Of a stretch of DNA of 64,000 bases, positions 36,287 to 47,919 are shown piece after piece. The notes beneath the pieces were generated by a model, which had not been told where the DNA came from, ran no database searches, and saw nothing but the letters and a program-made list of their open reading frames with translations. Origin of the DNA: Squalus acanthias (Eukaryota); assembly GCA_030390025.1 (NCBI GenBank), contig CM059432.1, positions 16,246,001 to 16,310,000 of the forward strand, read 5' to 3'. The translations under genes were made by a program, and so were the position numbers. Within the stretch, counting starts at the first letter, position 1. Every line of letters starts with the position of its first letter.

Positions 36287-36287
36287 G

Positions 36288-36768
36288 ATTTACAAGGATG
36301 ATACCAGAAATGCGAGGGTATACATATCAGGAAAGGATGAACAGGCTGGGTCTCTTTTCTCTTGAAAAAAGAAGGCTGAGGGTTGAACTAATCGAGGTCT
36401 TTAAAATTATAAAAGGTGGACACAGAGAGAATGTTTCCACTTGTGGTGAAGAGCATAACTAAAGGCCATCAATATAAGATAGTCACCAAGAAATCCAATA
36501 GGGAATTCAGAAGAAACTTTTTTACCCAATGAGTGGTGAGAATGTGGAACTCGCTACCACAGGGAGTGGTTGAAGCGGATAGTATAGATTCATTTAAGGG
36601 GAGGCTGGACAAGTATATGAGGGAGAAGGGAATAGAGGGTTACGCTGATAGATTTCGATGAGGAAAGACGGGAAGAGGCTCGAGTGGAGCATAAATGCCA
36701 GCATGGACTGGTTGGGCCAAATGGCCTGTTTCTGTGCCATATATCCTATGTAATCCTAAGTAATCCTA
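36288..36768 (+). mobile_element. CR1 LINE 3' fragment (different subfamily)
   Basis: RT C-terminal similarity (RRNFFTQ*VVRMWNSLP) and (ATCCTATGTA)-type tail. Confidence 0.8.
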
Positions 36769-36769
36769 T

Positions 36770-39415
36770 GAATCAGTCTGGTGAACCTTCGTTGCACTCC
36801 CTCTATGGCAAGTATATCCTTCCTTAGGTAAGGAGACCAAAACTGTACACAATACTCCAGGTGTGGTCTCACCAGGGCCCTATATAATTGCAGTAAGACG
36901 TCTTTACTCTTATACTCAAATCCTGTTGTAATAAAGGCCAACGTACCATTTGCTTTTCTAATTGCTTGCTGTACCTGCATGTTAACTTTCAGTGATTCGT
37001 GTACAAGGACACCCAGGTCCCTCTGAACACCAACATTTCCCAATCTCTCACCATTTAAAAAACACTCTGCTTTTCTATTTTTCCTACCAAAGTGGATTAA
37101 CTTCACATTTATCCACATTATATTCCATTTGCTATTTTCTTGCCCACTCACTTAGCTTGTCTATATCTCCTTGAAGCCTCTTTGCATCCTCCTCACAACT
37201 TACATTCCCAACCAGCTTTGTATCATCAGCAAACTTGGATATATTACATTTGGTCCCCTCATCCAAATCATTAATATAGATTGTGAATAGCTGAGGCCCA
37301 AGCACTGATCCTTGCGGTACCCCACTAGTTACAGACTCCCAACCCGAAAATGACCCGTTTATTCCTACTCTCTGTTTTCTGTCCGTTAACCGATCCTCAA
37401 TCCATGCTAGTATATTACCCCCAATCCCATGAGCCCTAATTTTGTTTAATAATCTCTTGTGTGGCACCTTATCGAATGCCTTCTAAAAATCCAAATACAC
37501 CACATCCACTGGTTCCCCCTTATCTATTCTGCTAGTTACAACCTCAAAAAACTCTTAACAGATTCGTCAAACATGATTTCCCTTTCATAAATCCGTGTTG
37601 ACTCTGCCAATCCTATTATTATTTTCTAAGTGTCCTGTTACCATTTCCTCAATAATAGATTCTAGCATTTTCCCTACTACTGATGTCAGGCTAACTGGTC
37701 TGTAGTTCCACGTTTTTTCTCTCCCTCCTTTCTTAAATAGTGGGGTTACATATGTTACCTTCCAATCCGCGGGAACCGTTCTAGAATCTATGGAATTTTA
37801 GAAAATGACAACCAATGCATCTGCTATCTCGATAGCCACCTCTTTCAAAACCCTATGATGTAGGCCATCAGGTCCAGGGGATTTATTGGCTTTCAGTCCC
37901 ATTAATTTCTCCAGTACTATTTTTTTACTAATACTAATTTCTTTCAGTTCCTCATTCTCACTAGTCCCTTGGTTCTCCACTATTTCCAGGAAGTTTTTTG
38001 CGTCTTCTTCCGTGAAGACAGACACTCTGGTCGCGAATTTTTCATTGGAGGCGGGTTGGGTGCGGGTCAGGTAGTTTCCGGCTTCCAGTCCCGCCCCCAA
38101 CTGCATTCAGCCCACAGACGTGATTTTACGTCGATTGACCTTGTTAAGCCCGCCCTGCGGGCTTGCCGGACAATTAAGAGGAAGCCGGTCAGATGATGTC
38201 ATTTGATGATGCGTCATCTGCCAGTTTTCTTAAAGGGACCACGCACAATTTTTTTTCCACAGCTGATTTCTCAGTGTTTGATAGCATTGAGGTGCTGCAA
38301 ACACTGACAATCACTGTACAAAGGTGAGCTCTTGCACCCAGGCTCTCCAATGACTCCCTCCATAGGCTGGAATAGATGGCAGCTACAGGTGAGGTGACAG
38401 AAGCGATCTGTCACTGGTGAGAGAGGTTATCTCAATGAGGTGGCACTGGACATAGATTTCAAAACTTGTTACCTAAAGAAATGTGTAAATGCATTAAAAA
38501 TGAATTTCCCAACATTTTCTTACCTCTGAGACTCACCAGTGCACCATTGGATCCTTCACACCACTTCTGCAGCTGTCAACAATCCAGAAACATTACAGCA
38601 GACTCACAACATGCCACACTTACCTGGCATGGTGTCCGGACGTCAGGAAACCCGAGACAGAAGCAGCAAAATTAAAAAACAGCCTGTCAACTACTATCAA
38701 CTACTGTTAATAGGCAGGTAATTGGCTTTAATCCTCTTCCCGCCGCTAGGTGTCGGGTCCATGCGCAAATTGGGGACCCAACACTTGGGAAAATTGTTTG
38801 GAGGCGGGATCACAACCCGCCGTCAATCAAAACGATTTTAACCTTTGACCCGCATCCAAACCCACCCTCTCAGTGCCGATAAAATCGCGGCCAAAGTATT
38901 TGTTTAATTTCACTGCCATTTCATTATTCCTCATTATAATTTCTCCTGTCTCAGCCTGTAAGGGACCCACATTTACTTTTGCTAATCTTTTCCTTTTTAC
39001 ATACCTATAGAAGCTTTTACAATCTGTTTTTATGTCTCTTGCTAGTTTACTCTCATATTCTATTTTCCCTTTCTTTTCAATTTCTTGGTCCTCCTTTGCT
39101 GAATTCTGAAATCTCCCAATCCTCAGGCTTACTACTCTTTTTGGCAACATTATAAGCCTCTTCCTTTGATCTAAGACTATGTTTAACTTCTCTTGTTAGC
39201 CACAGTTGGACCACTTTTCTTGTGGGGTTTTTGTGCCTTAAAGGAATGTATATTTGTTGTAAATTATGTATTAATTCTTTAAATGCTAGAAATTGCTTCT
39301 CTACCGTCATACCTTTTAATGTAGTTTCCCAATCTACCTTAGCCAACTCGCCCCTCATACCTGCGCAATTTGCTTTGTTTAGATTTAAGACCCTCGTTTC
39401 GGATTTAACTAAGTC
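36770..39415 (-). mobile_element. Decayed CR1 ORF2 segment interrupted by a DNA transposon
   Basis: Frameshifted RT motifs [20 protein letters not shown]; sequence resumes colinearly after 38892. Confidence 0.9.
38029..38892. mobile_element. Non-autonomous PIF/Harbinger-like element inserted in CR1
   Basis: TIRs GGTCGCGAATTTT / AAAATCGCGGCC; interrupts CR1 GAAGACAGACAC|AAAGTATTTG. Confidence 0.7.
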
Positions 39416-40619
39416 ACTTGTAAATTCACGATGTTTACACCATATCTCCAGGGTTTCCACGGGTCCGCTGCCAAACTTACAGCAGACAATTGGGAGAACC
39501 CCCTCGGAAATTCAACCCGTCGAAGTTCTGATTTTGTTTATTGGCCAATGATGCAACAGTGCTACAGACAGCCCTTCCAAAATTCCAAGCCCACAAAATT
39601 CAATCTAGGAAAAAATACAACCGCAGTTAGGACTGTGTTGTCTGTGCTCGACGACTGGATTGCCAGGGCCTGAGGGCCTGTGGGGAGCAGTTTTGAACCC
39701 CCCCACCCCCCGTGCCACAGGTAATGTTTTGCAACTGGTTCCTGTTTAGAATGTCGTGCAGCCAGAAGATATGAGTTATACTGCTGGCCCTGTCTTGCTT
39801 CTGGCCAACCAAAGCAAAGGCCTGTGCATATATGCTTGCAGGAATATTCAAAGCTCCTCTCACCACCATTTGAATGCTAGTTAATTTTTTTTATGTTACT
39901 GAAGAGTCATAAGGACAATCAGCTCTTTTCTAACATGGAACAGTTTTAAAGTAAAGTTTATAAAAATGTTCTGAGGCTGCTTATCGAACTGCTGGGGAAC
40001 TTTTTGAAGGTTGCTTTGCACTAATTGGAGTTATAAATACGAGGACCTCGCAAAGTGAGACTGCAGTTTAGCTTGTATAAACAATACTTAAGGGATTGTT
40101 GGAGTATTGTAAACGTGATTAAGCTGTGGATAGCCTTGTGTTACACACTATTCTTTCTATTCCTGAACTGGCCCTAACCTGTCCACAAGCTGTTTCTGGT
40201 CAGTTCACACATTGATGAATGACATATGGTGACTTAGAGAAGCTCTGTTGAATACACCGGAGAAGATGGGAAGCATTAGTCATGCCTCAACACTTCCAGA
40301 CTGCCTAGACATGGAATTAAAATAGCTCCCATGGGAATGCCAGTCACAACTGAGTACATTTCTAAACTGTGAGAAGACTACTTATGGTAATGGCTAAGTT
40401 CTTATCCTTTAGTAGGAGGCCATCAAAAGTGTTCCATTAAGAACTGTAAAGGTGCAATTATTTTTCAAATCAGGATAGTTATGGGAAATCTCAGTACTGT
40501 CACCACATCACTTTAAATGTCAATGTTTTGTGAGAACCTAAGTGAATTTTATTAAAGTAGTAGATATCCTGCATAATCTTTTGCCCTCCTTTCGTGAAGG
40601 CAGCGACTCATGTCACATT

Positions 40620-40860
40620 ATATGGGAACAGGAGTAGACCATTCAGCCCCTCGAGCCTGTTCTGCCATTCAGTGAGATCATGGCTGATCTTTATCCTAAA
40701 TCCATTTACACGCCTTGGCTCCATATCCCTTAATACCCTTGGCTAGCAAAAATCTATCGCTCTCAGATTTAAAATTATTACTTGAGCCGGCATCTACTGC
40801 TTTTTGTGGGAGAGAGTTCCACACTTCTACCACCTTTTGTGTGAAGCGGTGTTTCCTTAA
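40620..40860 (-). mobile_element. CR1 LINE 3' end fragment
   Basis: GGAACAGGAGTAG...CTCGAGCCTGTTC 3'UTR stem-loop in reverse. Confidence 0.75.
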
Positions 40861-41604
40861 TTCTCAAGAAGTTTGATCTAATGCTCGAGAAGAATCCTGG
40901 CTGATTTTTTTTCCTTCTCTAGTCCATGAATGCCTAGGCCAATTGTAGCACCTTCTACGGCTGCCCTGGCTGACCTGCATATGAATATATTTTTTAAATC
41001 CATAAGGTGTGGCAGTGATATAGTGTATTCAGCTCCAACCTGCTATAGAGTAGATTAAGAAGAAGGCCACAGGATTCACACTGCAATTTCCTACTTGGTC
41101 AGTTACTGATTCCAGTTGTACTTTCAGTAAGAGGGACAGAGCACAGGCTGGGTGTTTCTGTGTAGAGAGAGAAGGGAAAGGTAGAGAGAACGTCACCCAA
41201 GTGGCTGGGTCAAGAACAACACTGGGAGCATGATGTCTGCCTACTCGGCTGGGGAATTAGGAATAGCGCAGAACCAATAGGAATATTAAAATGAAGGGGA
41301 GAAAATTAATATATTTAAGAATCAGCATATGCAATAGTTATAAGGCAGTGGTTCTCAAACTTCTTTGGTTGAAGGACCTCTTTTCAAATTGATTAGTAAT
41401 CACAGACCCCCCCTATCTAAATTATAACACTATATATAATACTCATAATATGAAAGTGTTTCATGTAAAGAGTGTTTTAAAAATGCTTTGAAGAAAACAG
41501 GTATTTATTTAAAGATATCAGTGAGATGGGTGTATCTGCTTCTCACACCAATTCTGGGCACTCCGCAGCAACAGATGGCCACTATTAGCCACTTAGAGGG
41601 ATGA

Positions 41605-42230
41605 AACCCTCATCCATGCCTTTGTTACCTCTAGACTTGACTATTCCAATGCACTCCTGGCTGGCCTCCCACATTCCACTCTACGTAAACTTGAGGTCAT
41701 CCAAAACTCGGCTGCCTGTGTCCTAATCCGCAACAAATCCCGTTCGCCCATCACCCCTGTGCTCGCTGACCTACATTGGCTCACGATTAAGCAGCGCCTC
41801 GATTTCAAAATTCTCATCCTTGTTTTCAAATCCCTCCATGGCCTCGCCCCTTCCTATCTCTGTAATCTCCTCCAGCCCCACAACCCCCCCCACCCCCCCC
41901 CCCTCCACAAAATATCTGCCCTCCTCTAATTCTGTCCTCCTGAGCATCCCTGATTATAATCGCTCAACCTTTGGTGGCCGTGCCTTCTGTTGCCTAGGTC
42001 CTAAGCTCTGGAATTCCCTGCCTAAACCTGTCCGCCTCTCCACCTCTCTTTCCTCCTTTAAGACGCTCCTTAAAACCTACCTCTTTGACCAAGCTTATGG
42101 TCACCTGCCCTAATTTATCCTTATGTGGCTCGGTGTCAAAATTGTTGTCTTAAAATACTCCTGTGAAACGCCTTGGGACGTTTTACTACGTTAAAGGCAC
42201 TATATAAATACAAGTTGTTGTTGTTGTTGT
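41605..42230 (+). mobile_element. L2 LINE 3' fragment nested in the hAT element
   Basis: ETLIHAFVTSRLDYSNALLAGLP...IQNSAA...HWL; nearly identical 3' part to 18905-19300; (TTG)n tail. Confidence 0.88.
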
Positions 42231-42636
42231 TAGTGCTGGACAATTTTTTCAAGCTGCCCGCAGGCTGGCCGAGGTGAGTGAGGGCACGAGCGCCCACGCA
42301 CGCGCTGCTGGAAGCCTGACTCACTGCCACACTGTCCCACTGGCATGTCCTGTAACAGCTGCGCTGTGGGCTTGTACGTGTTTGCGCGATCACGTTCGGG
42401 CGCATGTTTGAAGGGCCCCCACAGGCGCTCTGATCACGTGTCGGGAGGATGGCACAGGGAGAGGAACCGGCTCGACCGGCAGGGAGCGCGCGTTGCAAAG
42501 TGAGCGAGGGCTGTGGACCTCTGTGAGGAGGCGGGCCCAGCCGTTGAGAATAATACACAAGAACTGAATCAGTGTCGGTTTTATAAAGTGAGAAGTCGCA
42601 CAACACCAGGTTATAGTCCAACAGCTTTATTTGAAA

Positions 42637-42674
42637 TCACAAGCTTTCGGAGCTGCTGCTCCTTCGTCAGGTGA
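42637..42674 (-). ncRNA. Minimal type I hammerhead ribozyme motif
   Basis: Minus strand UCAC-CUGACGA-A-GGAGC-AGCA-GCUCC-GAAA-GCUU-GUGA. Confidence 0.72.
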
Positions 42675-42677
42675 CCT

Positions 42678-42714
42678 TCACCTGACGAAGGAGCAGCGCT
42701 CCGAAAGCTTGTGA
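42678..42714 (+). ncRNA. Minimal type I hammerhead ribozyme motif
   Basis: UCAC-CUGACGA-A-GGAGC-AGC-GCUCC-GAAA-GCUU-GUGA; palindromic AAGCUU helix III. Confidence 0.72.
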
Positions 42715-43109
42715 TTTCAAATAAAGCTGTTGGACTATAACCTGGTGTTGTGCGACTTCTCACTTTTGTCCACCCCAGTCCAACACCGGCATCTCCGTAT
42801 CAGGGGTTTTATAAAGAGCAGGCTTGAAATTACCTCCGACCGCCTCCGGTTGCAGACCCCCTGGAAAGTCTCTATGGACCCCAGTTTGAGAAACACTGTT
42901 ATAATGAATCTGTTTTTTTAAATATTTGCTTTTGTTCATTCTTTTCATTAATTATTTCTACTTTCATCCAACAGAAAACCAGGCAGACATGTGGGTGGTT
43001 GAACGATATGCTTCTTTCTCCTAATACTACCACACCACCTAGTGGCCCAGTTAAGATTGCTCACCAGCCAGTGAAATAAAACTCGATTTAGCCAGACCTC
43101 TTTGTTTTA

Positions 43110-43425
43110 ATTTAAAACCTTGCCAATGGCAGTAAAGATGCCAGGTTAAATGCAAGAGATTTAGGACAGAGCAGGAGAAACTTGTTTAGGCAGTGGGTTG
43201 GGAGGCTGTGGAATGCACTACCTGAGTTAATGGTTGAATCAGAGACAATGTCAACATTTAAGAATAGATTAGCTAGGCAGTTCAAGGAAATGAAATAAAG
43301 GTTTATGGAAATGAGGGTGACTGGGAGGCACATGGCATTAAGACTATTGCTCATATGGAGCATAAATACCAACACAGACTAGTTGGGCCCAATGGCTTGT
43401 TTCCGTGTTGTAATTTGTACGTAAT
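43110..43425 (+). mobile_element. Old CR1 LINE 3' fragment
   Basis: Degenerate FRTE.RRN.F..WV.RLWNALP similarity and 3'UTR. Confidence 0.65.
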
Positions 43426-43802
43426 TCCCACATTACAACAGTGACTACACTTCAAAAAGTACTTCATTGGCTGTAAAGCACTTTGGGATATCCAGTGGTT
43501 GTGAAAGGCACTATATAAATGCAAGTCTTTTTTTCTTTCTTTAATTCAATGTAAATGCAGAGTTATGTATGCATCAAAAAGTGTCAAATCTACACCTACA
43601 CAAATCTAAATTGTGACCAGGAAACAGATAGATATCAGTGTGCTAACACTAATTTCCTATGCTACAGCAGTCAGGAATCTTTAACAGAGAGCATTGCAAT
43701 TATCTGCTGAATAACATTGTGGGTTCACCTCAGTATTTAAAGCTCTAAATCAGAGTTCAATAAAGGTGATGTGATTAGAGAGGGGCAGTCTTCCTTGTGA
43801 CC

Positions 43803-45318
43803 TTTTTATTATTCATTCACGGGATGTGGGCGTCGCTGGCAAGGCCAGCATTTATTGTCCATCCCTAATTGCCATTAAGAAGGCGTGGTGAGCCGCTTTC
43901 TTGAACCACTGCAGTCTGTGAGGTGAAGGTACTCCCACAATGCTGTTAGGGAGGGAGTTCCAGCATTTTCACTCAGTGATGATGAAGGATTGGCGATATA
44001 CTTCCAAGTCAGGATGGTGTGTGACTTGGAGGGGAACTTGGAGATGGTGGTGTTCCCATGATCCTGCTGCCCTTGTCCTTCTAGGTGGTAGAGATCACGG
44101 GTTTGGGAGGTGCTGCCGAAGAAACCTTGGCGAGTTGCTGCAGTGCATCTTGTAGATGGTACACACTGCAGCCACGGTACGCCGGTGTTGGAGGGAGTGA
44201 ATGTTTAAGGTGGTGGATGGGGTGCCAATCAAGCGGGCTGCTTTGTCCTGGATGGTGTCAAGCTTCTTGCGTGTTGTTGGAGCTGCACTCATCCAGGCAA
44301 GTGGAGAGTATTCCATCACACTCCTGACTTGTGCCCTGTATAGGAGAGTCAGGAGGCGAGTCACTCGCCACAGAATACCCAGCCTCTGACCTGCTCTTGT
44401 AGCCACAGTATTTATGTGGCTGGTCCAGTTAAGTTTCTGGTCAATGGTGACCCCCCCAGGATGTTGATGGTGGGGGATTTGGCGATAGTAATGCCATTGA
44501 ATGTCAAGGGGCGGTGGCTAGACTCTCTCTTGTTGGAAATGGTGATTGCCTGGCATTTGTGTGGCGCCAATGTTACTTGCCACTTATTAGCCCAAACCTG
44601 AATGTTGTCCAGGTCTTGCTGCATGCAGGCACGGACTGCTTCATTATCGGAGGAGTTGCGAATGGAACTGAACACAGTGCAATCATCAGCAAACATCCCC
44701 ACTTCTGACCTTATGATGGAGGGAAGGTCATTGATGAAGCAGCTGAAGATGGTTGGGCCTAGGACACTGTCCTGAGGAACTCCTGCAGCGATGTCCTAGG
44801 GCTGTGATGATTGGCCTTTAACAACCACAACCATCTTCCTTTGTGCTAGGTATGACTCCATCCAGTGAAGAGTTTTTCCCCTGATTCCCATTGATTTCAA
44901 TTTAACTAGGGCTCCTTGATGCCACACTCGGTCAAATGCTGCCTTGTGGTCACCTCTCACCTCACCTCTGGAATTCAGCTCTTTTGTCCACATTTAGACC
45001 AAGGCTGTAATGAGGTCTGGAGCCGAGTGGTCCTGGCGGAACCCAAACTGAGCATTGGTGAGCAGGTTATTGGTAAGTAAGTGCTGCTTAATATCACTGT
45101 CGACGGCACCTTCCATCACTTTGCTGATGGTTGAAAGTAGGTAATTGGATTGGGTTTGTCCTGCTTTTTATGGACAGGGCATACCTGGGCAATTTTCCAC
45201 TTTGTCGGGTAGATGCCAATGTTGTAGCTGTACTGGAACAGCTTGCCTAGAGGCATAGCTAGTTCTGGAGCACAAGTCTTCAGCACTGCAGCCGGAATGT
45301 TTTCGGGGCCCGTAGTCT
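43803..45318 (-). mobile_element. CR1-clade (non-canonical) LINE fragment
   Basis: AAFDRVWH, GMFADD, RAGQRLGIL, MEYSPLAW in shifted frames; same family as 10990-11629. Confidence 0.85.
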
Positions 45319-45319
45319 T

Positions 45320-45771
45320 TGCTGTATCCTCAGTTGGTAGCGCACTCGCCTCTAAGTCAGAAGGCTGTGGGTTCAAGCCCCACTTCAGAGACCGGAGCAC
45401 AAAAATCTAGGCTGACACTCCAGTGCAGTACTGAGGGAGTGATGCACTGTCGGAGGTGCCTTCTTTTGGATGAGACGTTAAACCGAGGCCCCATCTGCCC
45501 TCCCAGGTGGACGTAAAATATCCCATGGCACTATTTCAAGGAAGAGTTATCCCCCGTGTCCTGGAAAATATTTATCCCTCAATCAACATAACAAAAACAG
45601 ATTATCTGGTCATTATCACATTGCTGTTTGTGGGATCTTGCTGTGCGCAAATTGGCTAACGCATTTCCCACATTACAACAGTGACTACACTTCAAAAGTA
45701 CTTCATTGGCTGTGAACTGCTCTGGGGCGTCCAGTGGTCGTGAAAGGTGCTATATAAATGCAAGTCTTTCT
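45320..45771 (+). mobile_element. SacSINE1-like Deu-domain SINE
   Basis: Homolog of 8095-8568, ~0.65 kb upstream of the CHRAC1 ATG. Confidence 0.82.
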
Positions 45772-46339
45772 AAATGAAGAAATGAGTTGAATTAACTTTA
45801 TATTTACATTACAGTGACTCTAATCTGTAAGTTTCTGCAATTTCCATCATAATGAGCCTGATTTATGCATTTCAAGATTTGCATTATGAATTAATAGATG
45901 CAATGAGCCACACAAGCTCATTGTGAACAATGAGTCTGACCCACACCTGCCTTGCTGACCCTATCTGCAAGTAAACCAACATCACCAGAGGGATTCTAAA
46001 ACCAAAGCAGATAATAGGCAATGGCATATGAAAGAATATATGACCAAGCAGCTGAATATTTATTTTATTTAAATTAAAATGTACATCACTGCTCTGTCCT
46101 CTGATACACATCCTGTCGCAAAAGAGCTGTTTGTGAAGATATTAATATATGTCCTCCCCTCTCACCTCCGGTGTGGACTGATCCATCTCTGGTTGAGTCC
46201 AACTCCTTCTTCGTGGGGGGGGAAAGTGTTTCAAAATAGTTTTGCTAGGCCAGCAGACGGTGTAACAATCGGACTCTGATCTATTTTTAAGTTGTATATT
46301 TGTGTTTGATTATGAGGGGTTGGTGTGAGCTGTGAGTTG

Positions 46340-46620
46340 GAGGCGTTCTGCTCTCTGAGCCCCCCTCCCCCGCTCCAGCAGTGCGCCCGCCGGCTGCCCC
46401 TGCCCAAGATGGCGGCGGTGAAGCGGCGCGAGGGGCTTCGCTTCCCGGCCCGGCCCAGCCCGCCGCCCGCCCTCATGGCGCTGCCGCTCTCCCGCGTCAA
46501 GCTCATCATGAAGAGCTGCCCCGACGTGTCGAGCATCAACCAGGACGCGCTCTTCCTCACCGCCAAAGCCACGGTGAGCGGCGGCCGGGCCTGGAAGCCG
46601 GTCTCTAGGCCCGCTGTGGT
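46340..46620 (+). promoter_or_regulatory. CpG island over CHRAC1 exon 1; YY1-like motif CAAGATGGCGGC (46405-46416) overlapping the start codon
   Basis: Local high GC/CpG content; motif read directly from the sequence. Confidence 0.65.
46409..46573 (+). CDS. CHRAC1: Chromatin accessibility complex protein 1, coding exon 1
   Basis: MAAVKRR...LMALPLSRVKLIMKSCPDVSSINQDALFLTAKAT resembles human CHRAC1 LPLSRIRVIMKSSPEVSSINQEALVLTAKAT (recalled); Kozak AAGATGG; donor ACG|GTGAGC, phase 0. Confidence 0.93.
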
Positions 46621-46667
46621 GGGGTGAAGAGTAGGGGGAGGTCCGGGGATTGATGGTGGAGGAGAGA

Positions 46668-47840
46668 TTGGTCTGGAGTGGGGGTGGAGTGAAGGTGGGG
46701 GCGTGGAGTGGGAGGGGTGGTTTGGTCTGGAGGTGAGGGGGGGTGGTGGGGGTTTGGTCTGGAGGTGGAGGTGGGGGTTTGGTCTGGGTGTGGGGGTGGT
46801 GGTGGGGGTTGGGTGTGGGGGTGGTGGTGGGGGTTGGGTGTGGGGGTGGTGGTGGGGGTTTGGTCTGGGGGTGGGGGTTTGGTCTGGGGGTTTGGTCTGG
46901 GGGTGGGGGTTTGGTCTGGGGGTGGGGGTGGTGGTGGTGGTTTGGTGTGGGGGTGGTGGTGGGGGTTTGGTCTGGAGTGGGGGGGGTGGTGGTGGGGGTT
47001 TGGTCTGGAGTGGGAGGGGTGGTGGTGGGGGTTTGGTCTGGAGTGGGAGGGGTGGTGGTGGGGGTTTGGTCTGGAGTGGGAGGGGTGGTGGTGGGGGTTT
47101 GGTCTGGAGTGGGAGGGGTGGTGGTGGGGGTTGGGTGTGGGGGTGGTGGTGGGGGTTTGGTCTGGGGGTGGGGGTTTGGTCTGGGGGTGGTGGTGGTGGT
47201 TTGGTGTGGGGGTGGTGGTGGGGGTTTGGTCTGGAGTGGGAGGGGTGGTGGTGGGGGTTTGGTCTGGAGTGGGGGAGTGGTGGTGGGGGTTTGGTCTGGA
47301 GTGGGAGGGGTGGTGGTGGGGGTTTGGTCTGGAGTGGGAGGGGTGGTGGTGGGGGTTTGGTCTGGAGTGGGAGGGGTGGTGGTGGGGGTTTGGTCTGGAG
47401 GCGGAGGGGTGGGGGCTTGGTCTGGAGGCGGGGTGGTGGGGGCTTGGTCTGGAGGCGGGGGGGTGGGGGTTTGGTCTGGAGTGGGAGGGGTGGGGGTTTG
47501 GTCTGGAGTGGGAGGGGTGGTGGTGGGGGTTTGGTCTGGAGTGGGAGGGGTGGTGGTGGGGGTTTGGTCTGGGGGTGGGGGGGGTGGGGGTGGGGGTTTG
47601 GTCTGGGGGTGGGGGTGGGGGTTTGGTCTGGGGGTGGTGGTGGGGTTTTGGTGTGGGGGTGGGGGTTTGGTGTGGGGGTGGTGGTGGGGGTTTGGTCTGG
47701 GGGTGGGGGTGGTGGTGGGGGTTTGGTCTGGGGGTGGGGGTGGTGGTGGGGGTTTGGTCTGGGGGTGGGGGTGGTGGTGGGGGTTTGGGGTGGGGGTGGT
47801 GGTGGGGGTTTGGTCTGGGAGTGGGGGTGGTGGTGGGGAT
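46668..47840 (+). repeat. G-rich minisatellite (~33-bp unit plus shorter variants) in CHRAC1 intron 1
   Basis: Dozens of GGGGGTTTGGTCTGG(A/G)GTGGGAGGGGTGGTGGT-type units; almost no A or C on the + strand. Confidence 0.95.
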
Positions 47841-47919
47841 TGTCCTGATGGGGAGGATAAGGTACTGGCCTGGGGGGGGGGTGGGGGGTGAGGATGCTGA
47901 AGGAAGGGGGTTTGGCTTG

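Larger units (their letters stand above)
34704..36287 (-). mobile_element. Penelope-like retroelement, 5'-truncated, with terminal repeats of two families
   Basis: RT and GIY-YIG ORF followed by hammerhead-bearing terminal sequence. Confidence 0.88.
42585..42802. mobile_element. Penelope-derived fold-back element with two opposite-strand hammerheads
   Basis: ~90-bp inverted arms 42585-42674/42678-42766 around a 3-nt loop; GGTTTTATAAAG duplicated at 42577-42588 and 42805-42816. Confidence 0.85.
41346..42898. mobile_element. hAT (Charlie-like) non-autonomous element with nested insertions
   Basis: TIRs CAGTGGTTCTCAAACT / AGTTTGAGAAACACTG; 8-bp flanks TTATAAGG / TTATAATG (7/8 match). Confidence 0.82.

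Noticed and set aside
1..46300. TRAPPC9 exons upstream (and AGO2 downstream), expected from recalled human synteny
   Set aside because: No peptide resembling either protein was recognised in the ORF track or by eye; they may lie outside the window. tBLASTn would settle it.
46409..46573. Alternative identification as POLE4 or NFYC/DRAP1 histone-fold paralog
   Set aside because: SSINQ.AL.LTAKATELFVQ, ETFQFLADILPKKILAS and the acidic tail fit CHRAC1 specifically.
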